Under the pieces are notes generated by a model, which searched no databases, had not been told where the DNA came from, and was given only the letters and a program-made list of their open reading frames with translations. 64,000 bases of DNA from the human T2T-CHM13v2.0 reference genome, Homo sapiens. Numbering within the stretch: the stretch's first letter is position 1; every line of letters starts with the position of its first letter. Positions 46,590-62,284 of this stretch are shown here, one piece after another. Location of the stretch: assembly GCF_009914755.1 (NCBI RefSeq), contig NC_060931.1. One strand, written 5' to 3'. The position numbers were made by a program, and so were the translations under genes.

Positions 46590-47025
46590 ACCAAATGAAA
46601 TGTGTGAACCTAGGGTGGTCTTGAGTAGAGGTTAGGGAGGAACATTAAAAGACATTCTTGGGGTAATTGAATAAATCTAAGTATTATCTGGACACTACAA
46701 GCTATTTTAAATTTACTGTTGATTTTCTTACTTGTGATGATAATGGTTTTGTGGTTATACATAGGGGAATGTCCTTACTCTTAGGAGAGGCATGCTGAAG
46801 TATTTAGGAGTAAAGCATCATCGTATCTGCAACTTATTTTCAAATAGTACAGCCAAAACAAAGTATATAATATACAAATGTACGCGTGCATGTGAAGAGA
46901 GAGAAAGAAACAGGCAAAATGTTCACAGTTACCGAATGTAAATATTGAGTATAGGAATGTTAATTGTACTGTTGATTTAACTTTTCTGTGTTGGTGAAAT
47001 TTTTCATAATAAAAAGTTTTAAAAA
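46590..47025 (+). mobile_element. Old L1 (L1MC/ME) 3' end
   Basis: gaatgtccttactcttaggagaggcatgctgaagtatttagg...aacttttctgtgttggtgaaatttttcataataaaaag. Confidence 0.7.
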
Positions 47026-47566
47026 ATAGAAGAGTAGCAAAGTTTAGGGATAGCTACCTGTCTTATTTAGCTTCCTGGTTTACCAATTCATTTAGAATGT
47101 CATGACATAGCTATGTCAGCAAAGGCAATTTCAACAAATAAAGGAGAGCTTTCTTCTCCTTACTGAATTGATTACAATACAATAATGAAAACTGTTCCAG
47201 ACATAATAGTTACATATTTAAAATATTTTTTTCATATTTTATGTATAAGTGAAAAATGGTCAAAAGTATATGTTATATCTTTGTTGTTATTTTAAGAAAT
47301 TTACAAGGCAAAAGTACTTTGTAGACTAAACTTTATTAGAGTGGAAAGGAGGAAAACCTTGATCTCATATTTCAATTCTTAATATTTTTTAAAAAATGAA
47401 ACAAAAGTAATTGTGTTCTATACCAATGTACTTCATTTTCCTTAGCTGTTGGGCTTTATAATTATCACTAATTCGTTTCCTTATTATGACTTGCATCTTC
47501 TATTTTGCTCAAAACGTCATGTTAGTAACAAACTGTATTTGTGCCCTTAAAAAGTATGTTTTAAAA

Positions 47567-47782
47567 TTTTTTTTTTTTTTTCAGACTGGGCCTCGCTGTC
47601 TTGCCCAGGCTGGAGTGCAGTGGTGTGATCACAGCTCACTGCAGCCTCAAGCTTCTGGGCTCAAGCGATCGTCCCACCTCAGTCAGCCTCCTGGATAGCT
47701 GGACTACAGGCACGCACCACCATGCCTGGCCAATTGTTTTATTTTTAGTAATGATGGGGGTCTCCCTATGTTGCCCAGGCTG
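47567..47782 (-). mobile_element. AluJ, 5'-truncated
   Basis: Right arm plus partial left arm. Confidence 0.9.
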
Positions 47783-48779
47783 TGTTTATAGTATTAAAAG
47801 TAAAAATGATTTTTTAACAGTAAAAACCTATCCCCAAATCCCTAGTCCTATAGCAAGTAAAATTCTATGTATCTCTGTATATATTTTGTAAAAATTGTCT
47901 GTTGTAAGTTTAAAAGAAAACTTCAGGATTTTTAAAAATCATAATCAACAGTAAATTTCTTGGAATAGTTTACATATGTAGTAGACCATTCTCTTTGTTT
48001 AAACAAATTATCAACTTACTGTCACTGTGGGAAGCTCTTCATTTTACTTTATAAATGAAATATAAACTACATAATAAGTGCCAACCATATGTCAGTAAGG
48101 GATAATCAAGTGTGTTATAAACCCCTTTCCTTTGAGAAAGCCATTTTGATTTTCAGTAGAGCACTTAGATTTGTAGTGTGTATGTTGTTGCACCTCGGGT
48201 ATAAATGTAGTCATCATGTATTTATTGAGAATCTACTATAAGAAATTGTGTGCATGTGGCATAGAGGAACTCATTTTCTGTGAGTAGAGATGGTTGGGAC
48301 ACAGTTTTCCTGAAGACCAAGCAATATAGATGCCAACTGAATGCTATAAAACTATGGTAAAAAAGGAAGTATCACTTCTAATACAAAAACAGTCTGGGAA
48401 AGTCACTTTAATGATTTGTAGAATGTTTCACAGGCAATTTAGAGATCATCTGAAACTGAGTCCTAGAGAAGTGGTATGCCCAAGGCCACATTAAGAGCTA
48501 CTTCGTCACAAAAACAGGACAAGAATACAGAACCCCTAAGTGTCAGGCCATTATTCTTTCCACTCACCACAAAGATACAGCATTTGAACTGACCCTTGCA
48601 TAAGCAAAGATGGGCAAAAGAGGGAACGATTACTCCAGGCCATTGAGTGGCTTCAGAAATCATAGTAGGTAGTTCAGAACCGCTATTGAGAATAATACAC
48701 AACTAAATAGTGTCATATGTTCTTGCTATTCCCTATAACATAGGATTGTATGAGGAAGAAATGTGAGAGAAGACTTTTA

Positions 48780-49154
<375 letters not shown>

Positions 49155-50552
49155 TTATTCAGTAGAAAACAAGGATCCATTAAGGTGTTACTTAAGATTT
49201 TATTGATTACCAGTTTTAGTTTTATTTCCAGATAGTGTAATTACGTATTTGCAGACTAATTTTTTAAAGGTTCATTTACAGTGAAATTTTGTCTTCCATC
49301 CCTCTGGGCATGCATCAGATAAACATACTTTTAAAATATATGTATGGGGAAAGTCCTTCCTATAAATCCATCCATCTGGTATCTGGTAAGCTCAGTAGAT
49401 CCAAATTGAAGAGAACTCAATAATAAGAAACAAACCCTACCAGATGAAAATAACTCCCCCGACGCTCATCTGAGGAAGATATTGGAAGCTACTTTTTCTT
49501 AGGTACCAAACATATTTGAGTTAATTTTATTCTTAGAATTTGATGATCTGTTTTTCCTTAGCTGAGTTTTGGGAGTCCCTAAGTCCCTATAGTTTTGTTC
49601 TAGGTTAAAAGGAAGAACGGAAGGTCTAAACAGAGGATAGCTAATGTAGAGGAGGTGTAGATGGGGGAGCCAGTTGGTGGGTGTAGAAGTAGACCCACTA
49701 ACAGGGATGAAAAGCTTCAGTGAATAAAGGGAGATAAACATAGATGGCCATAAAAGAGAGAGAATAAAATTAAAGCAAAAGAGCACAACAGTTTAGAGTC
49801 ATTTGCAAAGTGATCCTGAAAGTAAAATACTTTTGCATTACAGTACAGTATGGTAGTAATTGTTCACAGCAAAGACCCTGTATCATATAGAACAGGTTAA
49901 ATTATGTCTTGAATTTCGAATACAGAAAAACATGAGAATTGTCTTAGAAACCGTCTTGTGCAAAACTTAACCAACTTCAAATAGCAAATTAAAATGTCTG
50001 TGACCTAGAAAGTCTTAGAATTCCTCTTTTTCTAATTAAACTAGAAATAAGGAATAATTATATTTGCATATGTTATCTATGCTGTTATTTTAGTGTGTTC
50101 TAAGCCCCAAATGCTGAGTGGCTCATTTGTATTGAATTCATCTCAATGAGGCTTCCGTGTGGGTATTTTGTAAGAAAGATTTTAATGCTGCCCGACCTCT
50201 CCAGATCACTGTCCCCTGGCTTCTGAAGTTGTTTGTTCACTAAATAAGAAGGTCATTGTTCTAAGCTCTGTATCGACATGTGCTACAATGGGTACCTTCT
50301 GAGAAAAAATTAAAAGTGATATCATGAAAATAGCACCAAATTTGGCACCAAGTAGCTATGCAGCTTTAAACAAATCCCCTAACATCTCTTACAGGGAGTC
50401 AGTAGATAGTTTCATGAGATCCCTTTCAGCTGTCATGTTGTAAAAAGCCAGTTCTACACAATATTGGTCAGAAAGAAAATCTTACTAGAGTAGAGAGGTT
50501 AGATGTAGTTAGTAGAAATAGAATATATTAATGGGGAACACTGGAAAAATTG

Positions 50553-51605
50553 TCTTTTAAGAAGTGTCTGTTCATATCCTTTGCCCACTTTTTGAAGGGT
50601 TTGTTGGTTTTTTTCATATATTTCTTGGCTGTATAAGTGTCCTCTTTTGAGAAGTGTCTGTTTATATCCTTTGCCCACTTTTTCATATGATTGTTTGTTT
50701 TTTTCTTGTAAATTTGTGTAAGTTCCTTGTAGATTCTGGATATTAGCCCTTTGTCAGATGGATAGATTGCAAAAATTTTCTCCCGTTCTGTAGGTTGCCT
50801 GTTCATTCTGATGATGGTTTCTTTTGCTTGCAGAAGCTTTCTAGTTTAATTAGATCCCATTTGTCAATTTTGGCTTTTGTTGCCATTGCTTTTGGTGTTT
50901 TAGTCATGAAGTCTTTGCCCTTGCCTATGTCCTGAATGGTATTGCCTAGGTTTTCTTCTAGGGTTTTTATGCTTTAGAGTGTTGATGGGAGTATAAATTA
51001 GTTCAACCATTGTGGAAGACGGTGTGGCAATTCCTCAAGGATCTTGAGCCAGAAATACCATTTGACTCAGCGGTCCCGTTACTGTGTATATACCCAAATG
51101 ATTATAAATCATTCTACTATAAAGACACATGCACACATATGTTTACTGCAACACTATTCACAACAGCGAAGACTTGGAACCAACCCAAATGCCCATCAAT
51201 GATAGACTGGATAAAGAAAATGTGGCACATATACACCATGGAATACTATGCAGCCATAAAAAGGGCAAGTTCATGTCCTTAGCAAGGACATGGATGAAGC
51301 TGGAAACCATCATTCTCAGCAAACTAACACAGGAACAGAAAACCAAACACCACATGTTCTCACTCATAAGTAAGAGTTGAACAATGAGAACACATGGACG
51401 CAGGGAGGGAACATCATACACCAAGGCCTATCAGGGGTTGAGGGGCTAGGGAAGGGATAATATTAGGAGAAATACCTAATGTAGATGATGGGTTGATGGG
51501 TACAGCAAACCACCATGGCACATGTGGCACATGTCACTATGTAACAAACCTGCATGATCTGCACATGTATCCCAGAACTTAAAGTGTAATAAAAAATTAA
51601 AAAAG
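50553..51605 (+). mobile_element. L1PA (about PA7-8) 3' insertion with 5' inversion
   Basis: 50553-50978 is antisense ORF2 ([29 protein letters not shown]). 50980-51605 is sense ORF2 end + 3' UTR + A tail (WKTVWQFLKDLEPEIPFD...WIKKMWHIYTMEYYAAIK). Confidence 0.93.
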
Positions 51606-52465
51606 AGAAAACTGAGGATTAAAGAAGTTAAATATCAATTATATGTGAGAGCCATATTTCAAATCCAGATCTGCTCCATGTTTCAGAGCCTGAGCTCTTA
51701 ACTGTTGTACTGTGGCCAGAAATGGTTGCACGATAGAAATAGGAATCAAGTGGGATCTTGATTAGCAGATAAGATTTGTGAAAGTGAAAAAGAAAAAGGA
51801 AATAAAATGACCTCAGGAAAAATAACATATGGAACCACCTTGATTAGAGCAGGATATTATCAGAGCATATTTTAAATTATTTGAGTTGAGATGCAACAAG
51901 TTAATTATGCATGAAAATATTAAGAAAAATTCTAGCAGCAAAAAGAGGATGAATATGTTAGAAAAGGGATTGAAATCAGGGAGAACCTTTAGGAGACTTT
52001 ATTTATGGTAACCCACAATGACTAAAAACTGAACTCAGAGGGGTGACCTTGGGAATGGTAGAGAAAAGTTATATGGAAGATAGTTCAAATGAAAAATTGA
52101 TCAGAACTTGATTACAAATCAAACTGAGAATTAGGGAAAAGAGCAAGTCAAAGATCCCAGCACAATTTTGGTTTTGGAAGAGGATAGGGATGGGAAAACA
52201 CTGGAAAAGACAGGGTAGCAAAGGACGGTAAAACCTTGTTGATTTTAATTCCCACATAGCTGTTAAAGTGGAGTGTTCTGTAAGCATTTTATGGGACAGA
52301 CTTGGAGTTTAATGCAAAAACAGGAATGGAGAAATTTGAAATGTTGGCAACTTTTATATACTCCCTTTATGCTTCCAGCCCAGTTTCCTCCCATCCAGAC
52401 TTTGACATTTTTTATTAGCCAATTGTGCATTAAGATAATACCATAAATCTGTTTCTACTTTCCAG

Positions 52466-52557
52466 AGAGAAATTCTGGAACAACAGCAGCAAGAACGAAA
52501 TGATACCAATTTTCATGGCGTTTGTATGTTTTGCAATGAAGAATTCCTTGGAAACAG
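52466..52557 (+). CDS. ZNF277: ZNF277 coding exon (probably exon 5), 92 bp, Cys half of second finger
   Basis: tttctactttccag| acceptor and CAG|gtttgc donor. Phase 0: REILEQQQQERNDTNFHGVCMFCNEEFLGN(R). Confidence 0.95.
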
Positions 52558-52944
52558 GTTTGCCATTTTGCATCTTTAAATGTTACTGTTTTTAATCTGA
52601 AAACTCATCAGAACATCCCTAACTGTTGGTTATATAAATTAAGTTCTATGTGTTGGCTCAGGACCCTTTCGTATATAAGCAGTCCTTTTTAAAAATATAC
52701 CCAACGTCCAAGATGAACTGTAGGTGCTCTAAGCAGCAGAGGGGTATAAATTCTTAAAATGACAGAAGCAGATTTATGTTTAATATTACAGGACTTTTAA
52801 AATTGGCTGACCTGCAAGACCATATGCAGCAAACTACTGCAGATGCACCTCTGTATACTAACTCTTTTCTTCTAAATCATTGGTAACTTTTCACTTTTGG
52901 TTATTAAAAATAAAGACATAAAAAAGAAGTGGGGGCACTGGTGA

Positions 52945-53690
52945 TTCTATCACCAACCCCAGCTGGTCCAAAACCAGCTGGTGCAGTACAATTCAATTCT
53001 GGCACTAATCACCTGGGATTAGCATAAGGTTTTACATATTTAAGGGCACAGGCTCAAACAAGACTGCCTTCACATTAGACACCAGCCATAAACTCATATG
53101 GTCCCAGGGCTACCCAAAGTTTTGACCACTGGTTATAAAGTCAGAGGTTCCCACTGATAATTTCATGGGTTTGATAATTTGCTAGAATTACTTACAGAAC
53201 TCAGGAAAGCACTGTACTTATGATTACAGTTTTACTATAAAGGATACAGATTAGAAACAGCCAAATGAAGAGACAAATTGGGCAGGGTCTGAGAGGGTCC
53301 TGAATAAGGAGTTTCTGAATCCTCTTCCCAAGGAATTAGGACCTGTCACCTTCCTAGCACATTAAGGAATTCAGCAACCAGCAACCTACTCTGAGTTTTG
53401 GTGTCCCAAGTTTTTATTAGGACTTCATTATGTAGGTATGATTGATTAAATTATTGAACTCAATCAGCAGCCCCCTCCCCTCTCTGGAGGTCTGACTGGC
53501 TCAAAGTCCCAACCCTCTAATCATATGGTTGGTCTTTATGATGAACATTCCCCATCTGGAAGCTATGTAGGGTCCTACCATGAGTCTCCTCATTCATATA
53601 ATAAAGATACTCCTATCACTAGAAAAATTACTAGAAACTTTGTGCTAGGGACAAGAGACAAAGAGCAGACACATTTATTATTACGCATCA
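52945..53690 (-). mobile_element. MER21-family solo LTR (second copy)
   Basis: Same motif order as 43920-44665 (taagggcacag...cttacagaactcaggaaagcactgtacttatgattacag). Confidence 0.8.
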
Positions 53691-53909
53691 GCAATGTTTA
53701 CAAATATACATTCACTTAAATACAAGTTATGAAGTTGTAACCTCTAGGAACTGAGGATGATTTCACTGATTCAGCATACAGGGGACAATCAGAAAAATAT
53801 CATTCTCTGCTCACTTGAAAGAAAGCAGTCTTTAGTGAAAACATAGCCCAGCACAGTAACTGACATTGTTATGTGAAAAACCTTGGAAAGGAGAAGGTAG
53901 CCACTTATT

Positions 53910-54005
53910 GGAATTTATAAATTATAATTTATAAATTATATAATATATATAATATATATTATATAAATTATATAAATTTATAAATTAAATTTATAAATTA
54001 TAAAA
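53910..54005. repeat. AT-only low-complexity tract
   Basis: ttataaattata-type units. Confidence 0.85.
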
Positions 54006-54904
54006 GAGTTTAATTGAGGCATTAATGTTCAAAACACCAGTGGTAAAGGTTTGATTCTCAGATCAGTTAGCATAGAGAAAAATCGGTGCCAAGGCCACTG
54101 ATCGTACTTCTAACTTTGTCCTTCTATTTCAAAGGACTTTACGGGCATAACAATAAAGGCTGGTCTTAAAAGTTAACTTAAAAGTACCAGTGAAAACCCA
54201 TGCCACCATCAGAAAATTTACCAAACATTACTACTGACAATGTTTTAACAAAATATTTCCGATTTTATGTTGAGGTAATTATTGACCTAGTGAGGAGGCA
54301 TGTGATTATCATCAGAGATCTCTCATATCGGCATATGGGAAGCTACAAATGGTATTTTTGTTTTCTATAAAGTTCTAGTGATTAATGTGGATACTGATAT
54401 GATTTGAAATATCCATATGCCATTAAATTCTTACAGTATTAGTATTTGAACATATTAAATATTGGTGTTTCTCTAGTTCCTAATATAATCCTCCTGTTCT
54501 TCTAGTCTAACTTATCTGCATTCTGTATTGAGTAGGGTCACATAGGAATTACATGACCTCCTCAGTAGTCTTGACTTATGCCATTGTTCTGTAGTAAATG
54601 CACATTTTTTTAAAATAACCAGTGAGAAAGATAAATAGTGTCTAGTTCTTATAAAACGTCCCCTTTCATTCATCAGTTCTTTTCATTTATGAAAAGCTCA
54701 GCCTGTAAGATTAAAGACACAACTTGATTCCACCTATGCACTATATTAACAGTGTTGCAGGCATACATTTGTGTACGCCTTGGGACATAAATATGGAATA
54801 TTTGTGTATGCATTGGGACATAAATGTAGAAAGAAGGAGATGGATAACAGACAAGGATAGAGTAATGAGTACTTTCTTGTTACCATACATCTACTTTTTC
54901 TCCT

Positions 54905-58092
<3,188 letters not shown>

Positions 58093-58370
58093 TCAAAGCT
58101 ATTTCTGTAATTTAATCCTGTTTGCCCAAATCACATTTATAAGTTTAGTGAAAACTGATTACAAACAGTATTAAACCAGGACAAAAAATGAGATCAGAGA
58201 GCACTATGTAGGGAAATATTTGTTCCTAAAGTATAGGGAAAGAATATTTGAAAGGAAAAGTACATGAAATAATATTTTAAGTAAAACTTCATTTCAGCCC
58301 AAAAGGTATTATGTATTTATAGTTATTACATGCTTTTAAGGACCATTGTGAATGTGAAAAAATATAATAC

Positions 58371-58630
58371 CAGTGCTACTTGATTTACAGTGGGGTTACA
58401 TCTCAATAAAGTCATTGTACATTTAAAATATTGTAAGTCAAAAAAAATTTAATATACCTAACCTACCTTAGGCATGCTTTGAACACTTACATTAGCCTAC
58501 AGATAGGCAAAATTGCCCAACACAAACTGTACTTTATAATAAAGGTTTGAATATCTGATGTAATTTATTGCATATTGCACTGAAAGTAAAAAACAAAATA
58601 GTTGTATGGGTACTCAAAGTACAGTTAGTT
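58371..58630 (+). mobile_element. MER47A-like Tigger MITE (partial)
   Basis: ggggttacatctcaataaa...gaacacttacattagcctacag...gttgtatgggtactcaaagtacagtt. Confidence 0.78.
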
Positions 58631-58988
58631 CATTAATAATAAAATTAAGTTTATAAAGAAAGGAGTTGCAATAATAATTTAAACTGTTATGCATTTAATT
58701 TCCCATAAATTAAAGCAAGTTGACATTAGGAATTAATTTAAAAATTAAAGAAGTAATTCAGCAATTTGAGGAATCATCTTGGCTGATCAAGAATTAAAGG
58801 ACTTCAAAATCTGACATGAAGCAGATCACATAAGGTGCCATCTCTACTCCAAAGCCCCAAAGATTTTCTTGGCCCTTTACCAACCAGCAACTGTGGCTAC
58901 AAGGGTGAAGCCTTTCCTCCCTTCTCACCTCAGACTAATAGGCTGAATCAAGCTAATTTTGAATTAGCTAGCAAACCACTTAGGTACT

Positions 58989-59416
58989 TGTATTAGTCAG
59001 GGTTCTCCAGAGAAACAGGACCAATATTATATATAGATATATAAGCGGAGACATATTATGGGAATTGGCTCACACAATTATGGAGGCCGAGAAGTGCCAC
59101 AGTATGCCATCTGCAAGTTGGAGATTCAAGAAAGCCAGTGGTAAATTCAGTCTGAGTCTAAAGGCCAGAGAACCATGAACTTGAATACCTAGGGACAAGA
59201 GAAGATGAATTTCCCAGCTCAACTATCTGGGCCCCCATGGCTTGGATGATGCCTCCCCTCATTGGTATGGGCTATCTTCTTTACTCAGTCTGCTGATTCA
59301 CATACTAATCTCTTCCAGAAACATCCTCACAGACACACCTAGAAATGCTATTTTTACCAGCTATCTGGGCATCCTTTAACCAGGTCAAGCTGACTTGTAA
59401 AATAAACTACCATAAT
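58989..59416 (-). mobile_element. MLT2 (ERVL) solo LTR
   Basis: tgtattagtcagggttctccagagaaacag ... gtcaagctgacttgtaaaataaactaccata. Confidence 0.88.
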
Positions 59417-59482
59417 ATTGGAGAGGACAGCCAGCCCCTTCTTGAGCCTGCTGCCAGTTCCATCTGTACCTGGCCCCCTTTT

Positions 59483-60830
59483 CAGAGCCTGGATATCAGG
59501 CTTGGAATCCTGGGTAGTCCTGGCTAAGGCTAGGCCACTCCTAGGGGAACCTCACCTGAAACCAGAAGACATCAAGGACCACCAGTTCAGAGCATGGGAC
59601 CAAGTGCAGACTGTTAACCCCACCAACCCTCTTCCTAACACTGACTTTGCCTTCACTCAGTCTCCTTCCAGCTCTTAGATGTCAGTCATAGAACCCTTGG
59701 CAAACCTGGCTCAATTTTGGCCCACTGTGGTAGAACTGTCCTTGATCCAGAAGGCATTAGGGATGGTAGCAATTAAGTATGTGGCCAGGGTAGCCTCCCA
59801 ACACTCATATCTGCTTTGAGACAGCTGCTTGTTAGCCCTCGTTCCCTCACTTTCAATATCTGTATTCCTGTCTGGCAGGCCCCAAAAAAGTTCAGAGCAA
59901 GCCTAGGCTCACACATGGGCTTGTTCTCTGGGGCAACATTGCCTGAGATCATGGGGACCTTCCTAGTACACCTATACCTCCTGAGCCAGCTCTTGGTCCA
60001 TTCCAAGGCTTGGGTGTCAGGCCTGAAAGCCCTGGGTAGACCTGACATGCTTGGTTACTGTTGGGGGAACACTTTGGAGTCAGGAAGGTCTGGCCTATAA
60101 GCCTGGAAACAAGTTCTAAGGACTGTCAGTCTGTTCCACCCACATCCCTCCCAGCAAGCTGCTGGCTGCGGCCAAAATCCTTGCTGAACCAATCCTCTTA
60201 GGTCCCAGAAGCCACTGTGGCCTACCTGAACAGAGTCTTCGAGACTGGCCAAGCCTCCAAACTCATTTACCCCAGGAGCCAACCACTGGCCTCTCATCTC
60301 GTAACTCAGACTCTAGATGCCAGATTCTTGAGCCCCAGAGAGGTTGAGAGCCGGATTCAGCTCCCCTGAGTACATTCAGTGTGACTCTTAATGGCAAGAT
60401 ATTTTGATCCTAGATAGACTGAGGGTGAGGGAAACCTCCCAACCCACCCATACCCCTTGAGTCAGATACCATTTCTGACAGCACCCAGGCACAATCTAGG
60501 CTCTAGATCTTCATCCTGGAAGTTCTAGGCAGATGTTAACTATGGCTCGGCCACTCTAGGAGAACCTCCCTGAATCCAGAGGCACTGTACTTTACCCCAA
60601 CATGGCCTCGGGGATAGGGGGAACTTTCTTACCCTCTGCCTGACACCCTTCCCCCACCCCAAAACACACACACACACCTACCACACTGCCTACAAGAGGC
60701 TCTCAGCTCTGCTTTCACCTGAACTCTTCCACAGCCTGAGCCTCAGGTCTGGAACCCCTGGAAAGGTCTAGCTCTGTCTGGGCTGCCCCTGGGAAAACCT
60801 TTGTGGGCCCAAAAGGCACTGTGAACTACC
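59483..60830. repeat. Degenerate array of a ~95-bp GC-richer core (at least 5 copies)
   Basis: Related cores start near 59483, 59668, 60003, 60496 and 60729, with weaker copies near 59895 and 60306. Confidence 0.65.
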
Positions 60831-61466
60831 CCAACAAGTAGTTTTAGTCAAAGTTATCAGTAATAGGCAGTGAGACAAATGAGCATACTAACCACAAGGT
60901 TAATAAATGTATCTCTTACATAGTTAAAAAAAAAAAAAGTCAACAAACATTTTTATAGAAATGTTTGCTTTATTTCTTTATTTCACTTTCTCAAGGGGAA
61001 AAAAAACACTGAAAACATTTTTTTGGGGGGGGACCAGGTAAGTGTCTAAATAATCTAGATAAAACCATATGATATGTCACTATGCATAGTCTATCAATGG
61101 TACTTATACTGATGAGGCTCTCCAAAACAATCACCTTTATTTTATGAACTAAAGTTGTGATAAAAGCTCTGTAGAATATACTATACACATATGCTTTTTT
61201 GCTATGTAAAAGTTACATAATTACATTTGTCCTTTTCTGTATAAATTAATCAAGAAGTTGGTCATTGTTTTGCAGGTTATCACAGCCCTTGCATTTAATA
61301 GACCTGTTAACTGTGGGTTCCAGGTCATTGTCCAATGATACTCTGGCTAAATGCCTGTGATCTTAGGTCATAGCTGGTTGTATTTTCTGTTAGGCAGTTG
61401 CCTCTTACTCGTCTCCATGATGAATTGGAAAAGTAGAAGCAGCACAGTTAATTTAATAGTTTAAAG

Positions 61467-61733
61467 CAGTGATCCCCAACCTTTTTGGCACCAGGGACCA
61501 GTTTCAGAATGAAACTGTTTTATCTCAGATCATCAGGCATTAGATTCTCATAAGAAGTACACAACCTAGATCCCTCGCATGCACAGTTTACAAAAGGGTT
61601 CGCGCTCCTATGAGAATCTAATGCCACCACTGATCTGACAGGAGGCGGAGCGCAGGTGGTAATGCTCACTTTCCCGCCTCTCACCTCTTTCTGTGCAGCC
61701 TGCTTCCTAACAGGCCATGGACCGATACCCCTG
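61467..61733 (+). mobile_element. MER1B hAT-Charlie element (internally deleted)
   Basis: cagtgatccccaacctttttggcaccagggacc...acccctg with 8-bp TSD gtttaaag. Confidence 0.9.
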
Positions 61734-62000
61734 GTTTAAAGGACAGAACCTGATTCTTCTATAGAGTGTAGCCAAGCAGCAGATAGTAGAACAAACTTTG
61801 GTATCCCTTTACAGAACTGATGTGACTGTGTACACTTACATACTTTATAATGTCACTCTTTAATAGCTGAAATCTTTGTGTTAGTGCTTAGCACTTGCTT
61901 ATACCTCTAATTAGTGTTTTTATTATGTGAATGCTATTCCAACCCAAATGTGTTCTTAGATGATTTGTGAATAATCCTAATTGCTCAAATTTCTTCCTAG

Positions 62001-62111
62001 ATCTGTTATTTTGAACCACATGGCCAGAGAACATGCTTTCAACATTGGATTGCCAGACAACATTGTAAACTGCAATGAATTTTTGTGTACATTACAGAAA
62101 AAGCTTGACAA
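62001..62111 (+). CDS. ZNF277: ZNF277 coding exon (probably exon 6), 111 bp, His half of second finger
   Basis: ttcttcctag| acceptor and AA|gtaagt donor. Reads (R)SVILNHMAREHAFNIGLPDNIVNCNEFLCTLQKKLD(N). Confidence 0.96.
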
Positions 62112-62284
62112 GTAAGTACTGATTTATGAAACACTGCCTAAAGCTGTTTTAATCTTGGACTCTGTTGTGAATATTTTTAAATTAATTTAATAGAGTAATT
62201 AAAGAAGTGGGAATTTCCCATGTTGGAGGAGTTCACATTTTGTACGACAGTCCTTATTTTGTCTAGATCATATTGCCCTTTGGT

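Noticed and set aside
50528-51424. L1 ORF2-like peptides as an active element
   Set aside because: About 1 kb only, inverted, truncated and interrupted by stops.
59483-60830. Core-plus-spacer array as CRISPR-like or as a repeat-protein pseudogene
   Set aside because: The context is a mammalian intron with no cas genes. The cores are long and highly degenerate, the spacing is irregular, and no consistent reading frame spans them.
61261-61380. Cluster of (a)ggtca nuclear-receptor half-sites
   Set aside because: They are not arranged as a canonical direct or inverted response element and are expected by chance.
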